From: Eledone cirrhosa
Taxonomy: Eukaryota
Direction of reading: 5' to 3'
Assembly (NCBI GenBank): GCA_964016885.1
Contig: OZ024747.1
Coordinates: 32,984,001-33,048,000 of the forward strand
DNA length: 64,000 bases
Below the pieces are notes generated by a model. It was not told where the DNA came from. It did not search any database and saw nothing but the letters and a program-made list of their open reading frames with translations. A program made the position numbers and the translations under genes. Position 1 is the stretch's first letter, and each line of letters opens with the position of its first letter. This document shows, one piece after another, positions 12,201 through 24,904 of this stretch.

Positions 12201-14866
12201 TTATTTTGGCTGGGCGCTTGCCATCAAACGATTGAGGCTGGCAGGCTTTAGTTAATTGTATTGTACATTCCCCCAAGTAGCCCACATCATCCAGTCAGAA
12301 GATTCTAGCCACTGTTTTTATTGCTGTTTAGTTTCAGGCTATGTCCCACTGAGCAGACCTATGATTAAAGGTGTTCCAGCCATAACCATCCTGTCATTTA
12401 TTTTAGGCATAGTATATCTAATTATTTAATGTGTTCATCCCAAGCATGGTGAGTATGGCTACATCTCTGACATGGACAAAACCAAACAGAAAGTGAGCAA
12501 TGTAAACCAGGGAAGGGTTCCTCCAGCAGGAACGAGAAAACTCTGGATTGGATTGGTATTTGAGACAAATTTAGTTGCTATTTCTAGTGAGTCCTTATCA
12601 GGTGAGATCCCTAAATATGTAACTTGCAAGTCATCATTGATGATGAACAGGTGCTATGAAATACACATTATTTCCTTTTATAACAAAAGAGAGCTCATTA
12701 AAAAAAATGTAGCTATTTGGACATATTGCTGGGGTAAATATTTTGCATCTGTATTGTTTTCTTTAAAGTTAAACAATGGTAATGTGTGTATCACAATATA
12801 AGTGACTATAATGATAATAATTGAGGAAATCAGATAAATACTCCTGGAGATGGAAATAATTTGGTAGAGGTACCTGCAAGGAATCAAACCTTGCATCTCT
12901 TTGTCCACTTGTACCTGTCTCCAGGGTACTTTATTTGATTTTCTCAACTATTTATATTGACTAACAATTATCATTATTATATCTTTTTTTTTTTTTGCAT
13001 TGGGATGCACACATTTCAAATTAAAACTTTTTACAGTGCTTCTTAAGTTAACTGTTGTTTAAACAATTGTATTTTCATGTCTACTAAATAGTGATTATAT
13101 GCTTTCTCTTCTCATGAATGTAGTCAATCACAAATATATTTTAAACTGGCTGCTAACGTTTCTCTTTACTTACAATCAAAAATGTTTAAATAAGAGCATA
13201 AATGCCACGGATTTTCGTTTCCTATACTATTCCATGTAAATGCATTTCCGATGTCTACTAAAAAAAAAAAATCAATAGTATCTATGTCTCTTTGGTGCAG
13301 AGGTAGCTAGCTTGGTGTCGAAACAAGTTCAAGGACTAATTTTGAATTTATATTGAAACTAGTTTAAACTACACCACTAAAACTATGTTTTTTTAAAAAA
13401 TGTACTAATATCACAAACTCCAATTTCTCTTCTAAACATTGAAGCATTATGATTGTTGTATAAGACACTATTCATTTTAAGGTTGTTGCTGAGAGACAGT
13501 TAAGCCTTCTGGCTTAAGACAGACTTTAGTTGAGAACTGGGTATAAAGATTTAGTTTGTGTTAAATACTATGTTGGCATTAAACTAACAGTTTATAACCA
13601 AATTTCTAATGAAATTCACTATGTGTCTTAATCAATTATGAAAATATTTAAACATTTTAAGGGTTTTGTAAAATATCTAGTTTCTTGGAACTTCAATGTT
13701 AGTAGCATAGCTTCCACCCAAAATCTTGAATGCCACTGGCTGGAAAATTTAGTTATTTGATAGTTCCTGGTATTTTATGAACTGGGATTATTTAAGGTTT
13801 AGTAATGTAACACTTTGTGGTCAGTGCCCTAGACAACTGCCTAGTTCACTTAATGGTAGCACAGGCCCTGACTAAATACATTATATATAGAGCCATACCT
13901 TGGGGGCCTGGCAAATTTCTTGTTTGCGGGGTGCAAGGCTATCCCAAGGCATTCACATCCTCCACCTTCTGATAAATCCGACCCTGAATATATGTAAGTT
14001 TGTGTGTTGCCTATTTTTGTGTACCGGTGTAAAGCAGAGCGTTGAGTTGTGTGTCTTTATGGCAAAAGTTAAATTAGCCATTCAACAAATATAAATCAAT
14101 AAAGTAAAAACTAGGAGTGTTATTACTACAAATTGAAGGTGTTAGATTGGCAGTAATTGGTAGAGAGTCAGACAACATGTTGAAAAATAGAACTCATTTG
14201 GTCATTCCATGAGAGTATCTTGGCCAGCCTATGAATCTTTCAGCCAAACCTCATAAAAAGACCCATTGGTGGTGGTATCCAAGCATTGTTGCAATCCCTT
14301 AATTTGTGCCTGTAATTGTATAACAGAACCCATGCCAGCAAGAAAAGCAGACTTAAAAGGAAAACTCACCCATTGCCATGGGTACATGCACACTAATACA
14401 AACTCACAAACACACACAGAGAGGAACACATACACATGAACACTCATCAAATACATATACAAACGCTCAATATTTTGTTTTGTCATGCTCTAAAAAAAAG
14501 GAGAAATTTGAGACAGAAAAGAATTTCTAGCGTTATAAAAAATGTTGAATTTATATCAAAGTTGTTTCAATACTTATAAAACAGTATTCAAATAAATGTG
14601 TTTGTTTATTTTGTCATGAATACAAGCCCTTTACATTAACTTTATATTAGCCTCAAAGCAATATTACAAACATTTTTCTGAAAAATATATCTCACATTTA
14701 TATTTATTTTATATTTTATTACATTATTTTATATTAAGTCCTTTCCTGCTATTTTTTTAATTTATTCTATGATGCACACACATACACACATATATGTGTT
14801 TGTGTGATGGTATATATATACATGTATTGATACAGATGTGTGCATCTGTATGAGAGTATATATATA

Positions 14867-14909
<43 letters not shown>

Positions 14910-14916
14910 CATATAT

Positions 14917-14974
<58 letters not shown>

Positions 14975-15009
14975 GGTATATATATTATATATATATATAT
15001 ATCCATATA

Positions 15010-15242
15010 CCCAGCCCACACTGTAAAGTGGACGTGTAGGCGCCACAGAAAAAAAGCACCCACCACTCACTGTAAATGAGGCTGGTTTTAGGAAGGGCAT
15101 CCAACTGTAGAAATCAAGCCAGAATCAGTTCCCATATGAGCAAGGCATGGTCAGCCGACCGGACACTGCCCACAACAGGACACCCCGTCTAACCTATGCT
15201 AGCGTAGAAGGACGGACGTAAAACGGTGATGATGATGATGAT
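15010..15242 (+). mobile_element. RTE family A 3' UTR fragment between (TA)n tracts
   Basis: Matches 37330-37557 and ends in (GAT)n. Confidence 0.85.
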
Positions 15243-15587
15243 ATATGTATATACATGTATATATATATAAATATATATATGTATATATATATATAAATAT
15301 ATATATATACATATATATATACATATATATATATACATATATTAGAGCAAACATCACGGGCGCTCTATCTCAAAATTATTTTTGAAAGGCATTAGAAATG
15401 CACAACCGGTAAAACTTAAAACCAAAACTGAATACTAACCAATACTATTACTAATTTTTATTTATTCCTAATTAAACTATTTTTCACTGGGAACAATTTG
15501 TCAGCATTTTCTTTTCCTTTTACCAATATATACATATATATATATATATATATACATATATATATACATATATATATACATATATAA

Positions 15588-15802
15588 AGGAACGATCGAC
15601 TTTCGTCAAATCGGACCGAGGGAACAATGTTTCCGTTGGTCTTTCCAATTGCTAATACTATCTATCGGTCGCAACTCCACGTAGAAGGAGCAACGTGAAA
15701 TAAAGTGTCTTGCTCAAGGACATAACGCATCGCCTAGTCCAGGAATCGAACTCACAAGCTTACGATTGCGAATCCAATTCTCTAACCACTCAGCCACACG
15801 CC
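15588..15802 (-). mobile_element. tRNA-derived SINE (A/B boxes, ttgagcaagacact core); second copy 38467-38680 (+)
   Basis: Minus strand tggctgagtggttagag…gagttcgattcc…gtccttgagcaagacactttatttc; body shared with the 38467 copy. Confidence 0.8.
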
Positions 15803-16452
15803 TTATATATATATATATATATACATCTACATATATACATACATATACATATGTTTGTAAGAATAACTCCTACTATTATTATTATTATCTTTAACGGATG
15901 TAAAAACTATGATGATCATGATTATTATTTTACAGATTTTTTATGATTTTATAATTCTATAATTTTTCTCTTATTTTATTTCATAATTTTTTAAAGTTAT
16001 CATTATCATTTTTCCATTTATTCATTATTTTACATTCTGACACCCCTACCCCGACATTACAGTCAGATAGGCCTGGAAGCAGTATTTACTGTTATTCTTC
16101 TGCCAAATTTTATTTATTATTTACAAACAGTGTCTTCTCCCCATCGACCTATCTCTTGAACTTCTCTTTTTAATTATTTGTTTTATTTCGAAAATATTCA
16201 GGTAAAAACCTGAATAATTTTTTTATTTTGGAGGTTTTTCCTAATTCTTATGTGATATATTTCTGTCTGTGTACACGTTCAATCAGATGATTTTGATTGT
16301 ATAGCTTTTTCATGTCTCATACTTCGACAAAAATGGTAAGATGGTCAAGACTGTAGGCTGTTGGGCTACATGCTCATGTATTGAACAACCATACAAACAC
16401 ATATATATATATATATAGGTGTATATATATATATATGAAGATATATTTATAT

Positions 16453-16499
<47 letters not shown>

Positions 16500-17086
16500 A
16501 CTCTCTAGCCCACTAAATATTAACACTTCGAATATTTAATACTGCCGGCACTAGTATCGAGCACCTTTGGCATACGCTACTTGGCAAATAACTATATGTA
16601 TCACCTATCCCTCCTTTTTCTCTCTTTCTCGATACGTAAATACTATATATATATATATGTGTGGACTAACAAGGATGGCCTAACGATGCGGGCTAACTTC
16701 CTGCTGGCGCACCTGAAGCCTGTTATACATTCCTAGAGTGCTTGGAAAAATCGATTTCCATATCTTTTGCTAGGCGATATCACTCGGAGTGATGGGCTGC
16801 GCAAGCTTGTGGTCGCCGCATCCTGTTTGACGGCTAAACAAAGACATAATCTTTACTCTATAATAAAATGTAAGTTTCTTCATAAAAGACTCTTTCTTTG
16901 CTTAAACCTCGCAATCTTAAAAATGTTAAACTGTTTAACTTTCAATGTTCTAATTTCTTTAATTTTATAATGTTAATATTAAATATTAATTTTTTAACTT
17001 CATCCTATAAATCTAAACAAAAACGTAACGTCCCAATCTTCTGCTCACACATTATAACATACAGACCCCACTATATTTACCTCTGC

Positions 17087-17830
17087 TAAGATACGGGTCC
17101 CTTTGAAAATATTTTTTCGCGCCATTCCTGGCCTGACTGTAGTCTGACATTAATATCGACCTTTCTTCCTCTTTCTTTCTATCTTTCTTCTTGTAGCCAT
17201 CAACCCTGACTTTTCTTCTTCTTCCTTTTCTTCCTTCTCTTCCCCCTTCTTTCTGTCTTTCTCCTTGTGGCATGATATTAACGGTGACTTATCTTCCTTC
17301 TCCTTTTTGTTTGCCTATATTTGACCGGTAGTAGTTGTTAAGATACGGGTCCCTTAGAATAAATTTTTTTCGCGACATTCCTGGCCTGACTGTAATACCG
17401 ACCTTTCCTCCTCTTTCTTTCTGTCTTTCTTCTTATAGCTGACATTAACCCTGACTTCTCTTCTTCTTCCTTTTCTTCCTTCCACCTTCTTCTCTCTTCT
17501 TTCTTTCTTTTTCCTTCCCCCTTCTTCTCTCTTCTTTCTTTCTTTCTTTTTTCTTGTGGCATGATATTAACGCTGACTTATGTTCCTATCCCTTTCTGTT
17601 TTCTTTTATTTTACCGGTAGTAGCACACGTCACTTGAGGGCGACCGGCAAAGGTGGAAGATGCTGGATGGCGGTCGTCCTCGGGTCTTTGATTTTCAGCC
17701 CCATGGATTTTATCTATTACATTCACTTATTATATTTCGAATACCTGATGATATCACCGGATTCATACGGAACCCGGTCATTGAAATGATCATAGTATAA
17801 TAAACCTTTCAAGGATTTACACAAGTCCAG
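17087..17830 (+). mobile_element. Non-coding element with ~252-bp pyrimidine-rich tandem duplication, 3' HHR and AATAAA, ending at (TA)n
   Basis: aagatacgggtccctt…cattcctggcctgactgta occurs at ~17088 and ~17340; HHR at 17741. Confidence 0.6.
17741..17798 (+). ncRNA. Type I hammerhead ribozyme
   Basis: atac CTGATGA [tatcaccggattc atacg gaacccggtcatt] GAAA tgatca TA gtat; stem III is the palindrome atgatcat. Confidence 0.7.
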
Positions 17831-17844
17831 CCTCCTGTCATTTC

Positions 17845-17900
<56 letters not shown>

Positions 17901-18352
17901 TTCAAGAGTAACCAATCTTAAAGAGAGAGATGGAGATAGGAGAGGAGATATGAGAGGAGAGATTGGTGAATTAGTTAGAAGCCAAAGCGTAAAGGCATGT
18001 GCTCAATGTGCAATATGCAGTAGAAAGCAGCTAGGTGGCTGGGTTCATGCAGAAGTTAGGTGCGCAGAGCTGGAAATATTCATTAGTTAAGCAAAACAAG
18101 ACCACAATTTCACAAGGAAGACATTATTAAAAGATGGTCAACATATTTTAGTTTGATGTAAGGAATGTAGAGAATAATTATAATAATATTAACAATAATA
18201 ATGTCCGTTTACAATTGTTTCGCTACTCCATATACTATTTATGGATCAGATGACTATATATCATAATTGATCTGGTTCAGTTGAAAATAATTAACATATT
18301 TAAAGAACAGAGCGGCTCATCGGAACTTCAAAGGAATATAAATTAAAATAAT

Positions 18353-18530
18353 TGTTTCTACTTTAGGCACAAGGCCAGCAATTACCCAGTGCATTACTGG
18401 TACTTTATTTTATCGACCCCGTAAGGATAAAAGGCAAAGTCAACCTCGGCTGGATTTGAACTCAGATCGTAAAGGGACGTAACTATGCTGGAAAGCATGG
18501 CGTCCGACCCTCTACCGATACTGCCAATCC
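18353..18530 (-). mobile_element. Meta-domain-type tRNA SINE with 13-bp TSD
   Basis: gttcaaatcc B box and the gcctttcatccttacggggtcgataaaataaagtacc-type core; TSD aaattaaaataat at 18340-18352 and 18531-18543. Confidence 0.9.
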
Positions 18531-19135
18531 AAATTAAAATAATGAGAGAATGTTACATAATATAATGTTCCATATATTGGTTTTTCACTATGGTATCTTG
18601 GTTGCATCAGTTGTCAGCCATAATCAAGCAGTATTCATCTGTCGAGGCTGCATTGTGTGAGATCTGCCTATGGGTAACAAGATGGCTGCCAAAGGACATA
18701 TTTACCTTACTAATTAGAGGGTGGTTTCAGGGGAAGTAACTCCTCAAGGGATTAGAAATTGTGGGTAGTTTATAGTTAAGTGCTAATTTTTAAATTTTTT
18801 AATTGAGAGACAATGTAGGGGAGATAACTTATAATTATCTAAGTTAGTCATAGCTATTTAACTTATTAGCTACAAGTAAAAATGGGGCTAGATGACTAAG
18901 TTGGGTCAAATATTCTATTGGCAAAGGAATTAGCCCTTCGATGTTGACAGCTAATAGTTACCTCCGTTCTATCGTTAATCGGTAGAGGTCGTGATAGAGT
19001 TATGTAATATGCTTCTGTAATACAAAGATCACTAGATTTTCTTCGTCCATTGAACGGTTGGGCCCTAGCCACGATATCCCATTTTAGTGAGTGTTGAACG
19101 TTGCTTAATTTAAGATACCTCTTAAATATTAGAGA

Positions 19136-20264
19136 AGTTCTAAATATGGAAGCATGGCCTAGAATCGAAAGGCCTTAGAGTCAACATGTCTAAGACTAAA
19201 GTTCTACTATGTAAAAAGGAGAATATGGCACGGGTGCCCTCTGGGAAATGGCCATGCTCAGTGTGTAGGAAAGCAATAGGTAGAAATTTCGTTCTATGTC
19301 CCAAATGCAGGTACAGTAAGTAGCAAGGACCCACTGGATGCTATCTCCTTTAACTGCCCAGATGGTTCTATAGCAATAGTGGACACTTTCTGTTACCTGG
19401 GTGACAAAATCAGCAGTGGAGGAGCGTGCTCTGAAAGTGCAGTATCCAGAGTTGGAAAAAGTTCAGAGAGCTAATACCACTGTTGGCCACAAGGTGTTTT
19501 TCTCAAAAAGTGAAAGGCAGATTGTATGATGCTTGTAGACGAATAGTGATATTACATGGTAGTGAGACCTGGGCATTGTGTGCTGAAGACATGTGTAGAT
19601 TAGAAAGAAATGAAGCTTGCATGCTCTGATCGATGTGTAATAGTAATGTGCGTGAAAGGCGAAGCATAAACAAATTGAGAGATTAAGCATAAGAGCTATC
19701 AAATGTTGTGTTCTGGAGAGGAGATTGCATTGTTATGGCCATGGAATGCGTATGAAGGATGACAGCTGTATAAAAAGTGCAGGGCAATGAAAATTGATGG
19801 AAGCTACGGAATGGATAGACCAAGAAAAACCTGGGATGAGGTGATAAAAGCTGACCATGCTCACTTACACCTCTCTAAGACAATGACACTGCATCGAGAT
19901 CTTTGATGCCATGCAATTGTACAGAAGAACCAACTGCCCTTGCATAGAAACCTACAGTCAGTAGGCACCTCTTAACCCAATGTGCACCCCACCCCACATA
20001 CCCTACCCCATCCTCCCTTTTCCGTTCTGTGCACTGTGTCGATGACACAAAAGTCCATACTGTATGGTGGTCATGTAGGAGACAGTAAAAAGGCTCCCAG
20101 TCCACACTGTAAATGTGGTTGGTGTTAGGAGGGACATCCAGCTGTAAAACACCTGCCAGTGCCACTTACGTATGAGCGAGACACAGTCTCCCGACCATTC
20201 TCACATCAAATGGAACCAAACCGTCATGCTAGCATGGAAGATTGATGTTAATTGATGATGATGA
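19136..20264 (+). mobile_element. Decayed RTE family A 3' portion
   Basis: WKHGLESKGL, partial PHD, HGSETW, 3' UTR and (GAT)n tail. Confidence 0.9.
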
Positions 20265-21929
20265 TACAAGTCAGCAGTAGTGTAGTAAGTAAAGCAAATA
20301 AAGATATGAAAACAAGGAAGATATGAATTAAAGATATGAAGACGGGTATAGCTGCCGAGATGCTGAAAGCATCTGGGAAAGTAGATCACACTATAAACAC
20401 ACGTATTGTTAATCAAGTATTACTAGAGGACGTCATACCAAAGGATTGGTGCAGCAGCATCATTGTTAACTACTACAAAGTTAAAGGTGATGCACTAGAT
20501 AGAGGAAACTATAGAGGTATAAAGCTGATGGACCAGGTCATGAAAGTAACGTAAAGAGTTATAGCACAGTTGATTAGGGACCGGGTAAAACTAGTTGAGA
20601 TGCAATTTGGGTTTGTGCTAGGAAAAGACACCACTAGATGCTATCTTCCTTGTGAGGCAGTTACAGGAAAAGTACCTAGCTAAAAGTAAGCCGCTCTACC
20701 TGGCATTTGTCGATTTAGAAAAAGCCTTCAACAGAGTCCCCGTGCTATAATCTGGTGGGCTCTTAGAAAACTAGGTGTAGATGAATGGCTTGTAAAGGCT
20801 GTACAAGCCACGTATAGGGGAGCAGTCAGCAAAGTTAGTGTTAACTTGGCCCACTCCTGTTTATTATCATTTTGCAGACTATAACAGAGAAGTTTAATAC
20901 TGGATGCCCATGGGAACTTCTGTGCATGGATGATCTTACACTTATAAATGAATCTATGGTGGAACTAGAGAAGAAATTCCAAACAGCAGGGACTAGAAAA
21001 AATGGTTTCAAAGTCAACCTGACAAAGACTAAGGTCCTTGTTAGAAGACAAAGAAACAGAACAAAGATACCCTCAGAGAAATGGCCTTGCTCAGTATGCA
21101 GGAAAGGTGAAGGTAGAAATTCCATCCTCTGCCCCAAATGCAAACTATCGGTACACAAGAGATGTAGTGGGATCTCAGGAAGTTTAGTTAAGAATGTAGG
21201 TTTTACATATAGCAGTTGTACTGAGACAGTAATCAGCAAACGGCTACAGGAAACAAACACTACCAAACTCTGGGAGGGCAATGTAGAAACAGTTGACAGC
21301 TTCTGCTATCTAGGAGTCCGAATTAACAGTGGAGTGGGTGTTCTGAAAATACAGTAACCTGGGTAAGAAGAGGATGGAAGAAATTCATGGAGCTACCACA
21401 AAGGTAGCAAAGCTACAAAAGGCTTTTCTCTCAAGATGAAAGGCAGACTGTATGATGAGTGCATACGAACAGCAATGTTACGTGGTAGTGAGACCTGGGC
21501 GTTGTCTGTAGAATACTTGCATATATTAGAAAGAAACGAAGCTTGCATGCTCTCATGCATGGGGAATAGTAATATATTCGAACGGCAAAGCGTAAAGGAA
21601 TTAACAGAGAGACTAAGCATAAGAGGAATCAAATACAGAAGACTCAAGTTCCCACGGGTACAAGACGAAGCTAAAGCATATAGACAATATTCCCCCACCC
21701 CCTCTCACTGTAAAGTGGTCATGTAGGTGTTGTGACAAAAAGCACCCTGTCCACACTGTAAATGAGGTTGGTGTTAAGAAGGGCATCAACTGTAGAAACC
21801 GATCCAAAATAAGTCCTGTGTAGGCAAGACACAGTCACCTGACCTGGCATAGCCCACAACAGGACAACCTCTCTAACCCATGCTAGCGTGGAGACATCAA
21901 CGTAAAACAGTGATGATCATGATGATGAT
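20265..21929 (+). mobile_element. Decayed RTE family A copy joined directly to the previous tail
   Basis: RT motifs, PHD (WPCSVC…CPKC…HKRC), 3' UTR and gat tail. Confidence 0.9.
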
Positions 21930-21985
21930 ATATATAGGATTATATATAGGATTATATAAATGTATATATGAATATATATATATGA

Positions 21986-22016
<31 letters not shown>

Positions 22017-22050
22017 TATGTATATATTAATATATATATAAATATACATG

Positions 22051-23968
22051 AATCATCATCATCATCACCATTTTACAGTGAGTGCTGGGTGCTTTTATTC
22101 CATGGCACCTACACGTCCACTTTACAGTGTGGGCTGGGTGCTTTTTTGCCGTGGAGCCTCCACGACCACTTTGCAGTGGGGGCATATTGTCTATATGCTT
22201 GAGCTTCGGTTTGTACCCATGGGGGGTCAGGTCTTCTGTAATACTGCGTGACACCATAGGTCACGGTGGCCTTTGAGAGGTGTAATTGGGTAAGGTCGGC
22301 TTTTATCACCTCATCCCAGGTATTCTTGGGTCTCCCCATTCCACAGCTTCCATCGACTTCTAGTACTCTGCACCTTTTTATACAGCTGTCATCCTTCATA
22401 CCCATCACATGTCCATACCAACACAACCTCCTCTCCTGCACACAGCATTTGATTCCTCTTATGCTCAGACTCTCTCTCAATCCGTTTATGCTTTGCCGTT
22501 CGCGTATCTTTCTATTACACATCCATCGGAGCATGCAGGCTTCGTTTCTTTCTAATCAACGCAAGTCTTCTACAGACAGCACCCAGGTCTTTCTACCATG
22601 TAACATTGCTGTTCGTATACACGCATCATACAGTCTGCCTTTCATTTTGAGTGAAAATCCTTTTGCAGCTGGCAGTGGCAGTAGCTCCCTGAACGTCTTC
22701 CATCCCATTCTTACCTTAGTTATTGTACTTTCCGAACACCTACCTCCACTGCCAATTTGGTCACCTAGGTAGCAGAAGCTGTATACTTTTTCTACAGAGC
22801 CCTCCCAGAGTTTGGTGGTGTTTGTTTCCTGTGGTCGTTAGCTCCTTGCTGTCTCAGTACAGCTGCTACATGTGAAGCCTACATTCTTATTTAAGCTTCC
22901 TGAGATCCCACTACATTTCTTGTGTACCCATTGTTTGCATTTGGGGCAGAGGATGGAGTTCCTACATTCTGAGCAAGGCCATTTCCCTGAGGGGATCTGG
23001 GTTCTGTTTTCTCGTCTACTTACAAGGACCTTAGTCTTTGTCAGGTTGACTTTGAGGCCCTTTCTTTCTAGTCCCTGCTTCCATGTTTGGAATTTCTTCT
23101 CTAGTTCTACCATAGATTCAGCTATAAGTGTGAGGTCATCTGCATACAGGAGTTCCCCTGGGAATCTGGTCTTAAACTCCTCCGTTATTGCCTGCAAATC
23201 TATGATGAACAGGAGAGGGCTAAGAACAGAGCCCTGGTCTATACCGACCTTTATGGTAAATTTCTTGCTAATCCTAATTTTGCTGACTGCTCCCCTATAC
23301 ATGGCTTGTACAGCTTTCACAATCCATTCATCTACTCCTAGTTTTCTAAGAGCCCACCAGATTATAGCACGGGGGAATCTGTCAAAGTCTTTCTCCAGAT
23401 CGACCCTTGTAGCAGTTGACAATGATGCTGCACCAATATTTTGGTATGGCACCTTCTAGTATTACCTGGTTAACAATACGTGTGGTTATGGTGTGACCTA
23501 CCAACCCAGATGCCTTCAGCATCTCGACAGCTATACCCGATGGACCGGTTGCCTTCCCAGTCTTCATATCTTTGATTGCTTTACTTACTACGCTGCTGTT
23601 GACTTGTACTGCTGGCCACTCTATAGGTTCTACTTGGGGTAGAGTCTCTTCTTCCCATGCGTTCTCTTCATTTAGTAATCTTTCATAATGGCTCTTCCAT
23701 GCATCTTTCTTCTCAGCACTTGTGAGGGCAAGCTCACCTTTATCATTCCGGATTCACTTCTCTCCAATGACATAACAATTCTCTCTGACACACTGCCTCG
23801 CAATCTTGAACACCTTCTGTTTCTGGTCCTCACGTTGCAAGACAGGCTTGAATTTTCTTCCACTTCCCTCCTAGCTAAGTATACTTGTCCTCTAGTTTCC
23901 CTCCTGGTCTCTATGTAATGTACCCTGCTTCCCCCGTTCTTACATTCTTTCCATGCCTTATCTACCTT
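22051..23968 (-). mobile_element. Decayed RTE family A copy
   Basis: Minus-strand ORFs 22838-23452 and 22109-22534 carry RT, PHD and C-terminal motifs; (CAT)n on the plus strand. Confidence 0.92.
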
Positions 23969-24425
23969 ATTGAATATATATGAATATATATACATATATA
24001 TGTATGTAAAAGGTAAACAGAAATAAGAACACAATCGGTACAGTATATGAAAGGTATATATTAGGTTAACGCTTGATATAGCAGGGAGCGGGTCATCAGA
24101 AGAAAGAATGAGAAATAAAATAGATTGGGGGGACGGGCGGGATGGAATTGGAAAAAATGTCTTTAGATAAAAATAATAGGTTATTCATGTTGACGCCTCT
24201 TGCAAAACTGTTGGAGCTGGCATTGTGTATGATTTGTTTTTTAGAAAAGTGGATGATGGAGCGCTTCTACCTGAAATGGAAAAAAAAAACGCTTTGTAAA
24301 AAGAGCTATACTTGAGCACGTGCGCAAGCATGTGTTTGTGTGTGTGTGTGTGTGGGGGGTTATTATACGTTCGTACGAAGCTAAGAAGAAATGAGTGTGT
24401 ATATGTATGTATATATATGTATATA

Positions 24426-24521
<96 letters not shown>

Positions 24522-24556
24522 TCCGCGCATCGCCTGGAGACTCGGCTGAAAATGAC

Positions 24557-24636
24557 CTCCCTGATGACGCAATGAAATTCTCAACAGTTCATTACGTAAC
24601 TGTCTTTATCCCATTGCAGAAACTAATTAGTTGGAG
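24557..24636 (+). ncRNA. Type I hammerhead ribozyme in a ~190-bp island between (TA)n tracts
   Basis: ctcc CTGATGA c gcaatg…cattgc a GAAA ctaattag TT ggag; stem III is the palindrome actaattagt. Confidence 0.62.
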
Positions 24637-24704
24637 TGAAAATTTAAGTAAGTAAGTTAATTTTTCTAAAAAAATATTTTTAAAGAAATTTTCTTATTTT
24701 ACGT

Positions 24705-24783
<79 letters not shown>

Positions 24784-24904
24784 TTCTATGTGTGTGTGTA
24801 TGTATATATGAATATATATATGTATATATATATATATATATATATAAATGTTATCTCTCTACATGGCTGAATACAATAAATGTATGTAATCTGAGTTTTA
24901 CGAA

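Noticed and set aside
15730-15802. tRNA genes (also 38467 and 57583)
   Set aside because: The A/B boxes continue into SINE cores and no complete cloverleaf acceptor stem is present.
16675-16840. Possible degenerate HHR or HDV-like ribozyme
   Set aside because: The core has multiple mismatches and no consistent pairing could be built by eye.
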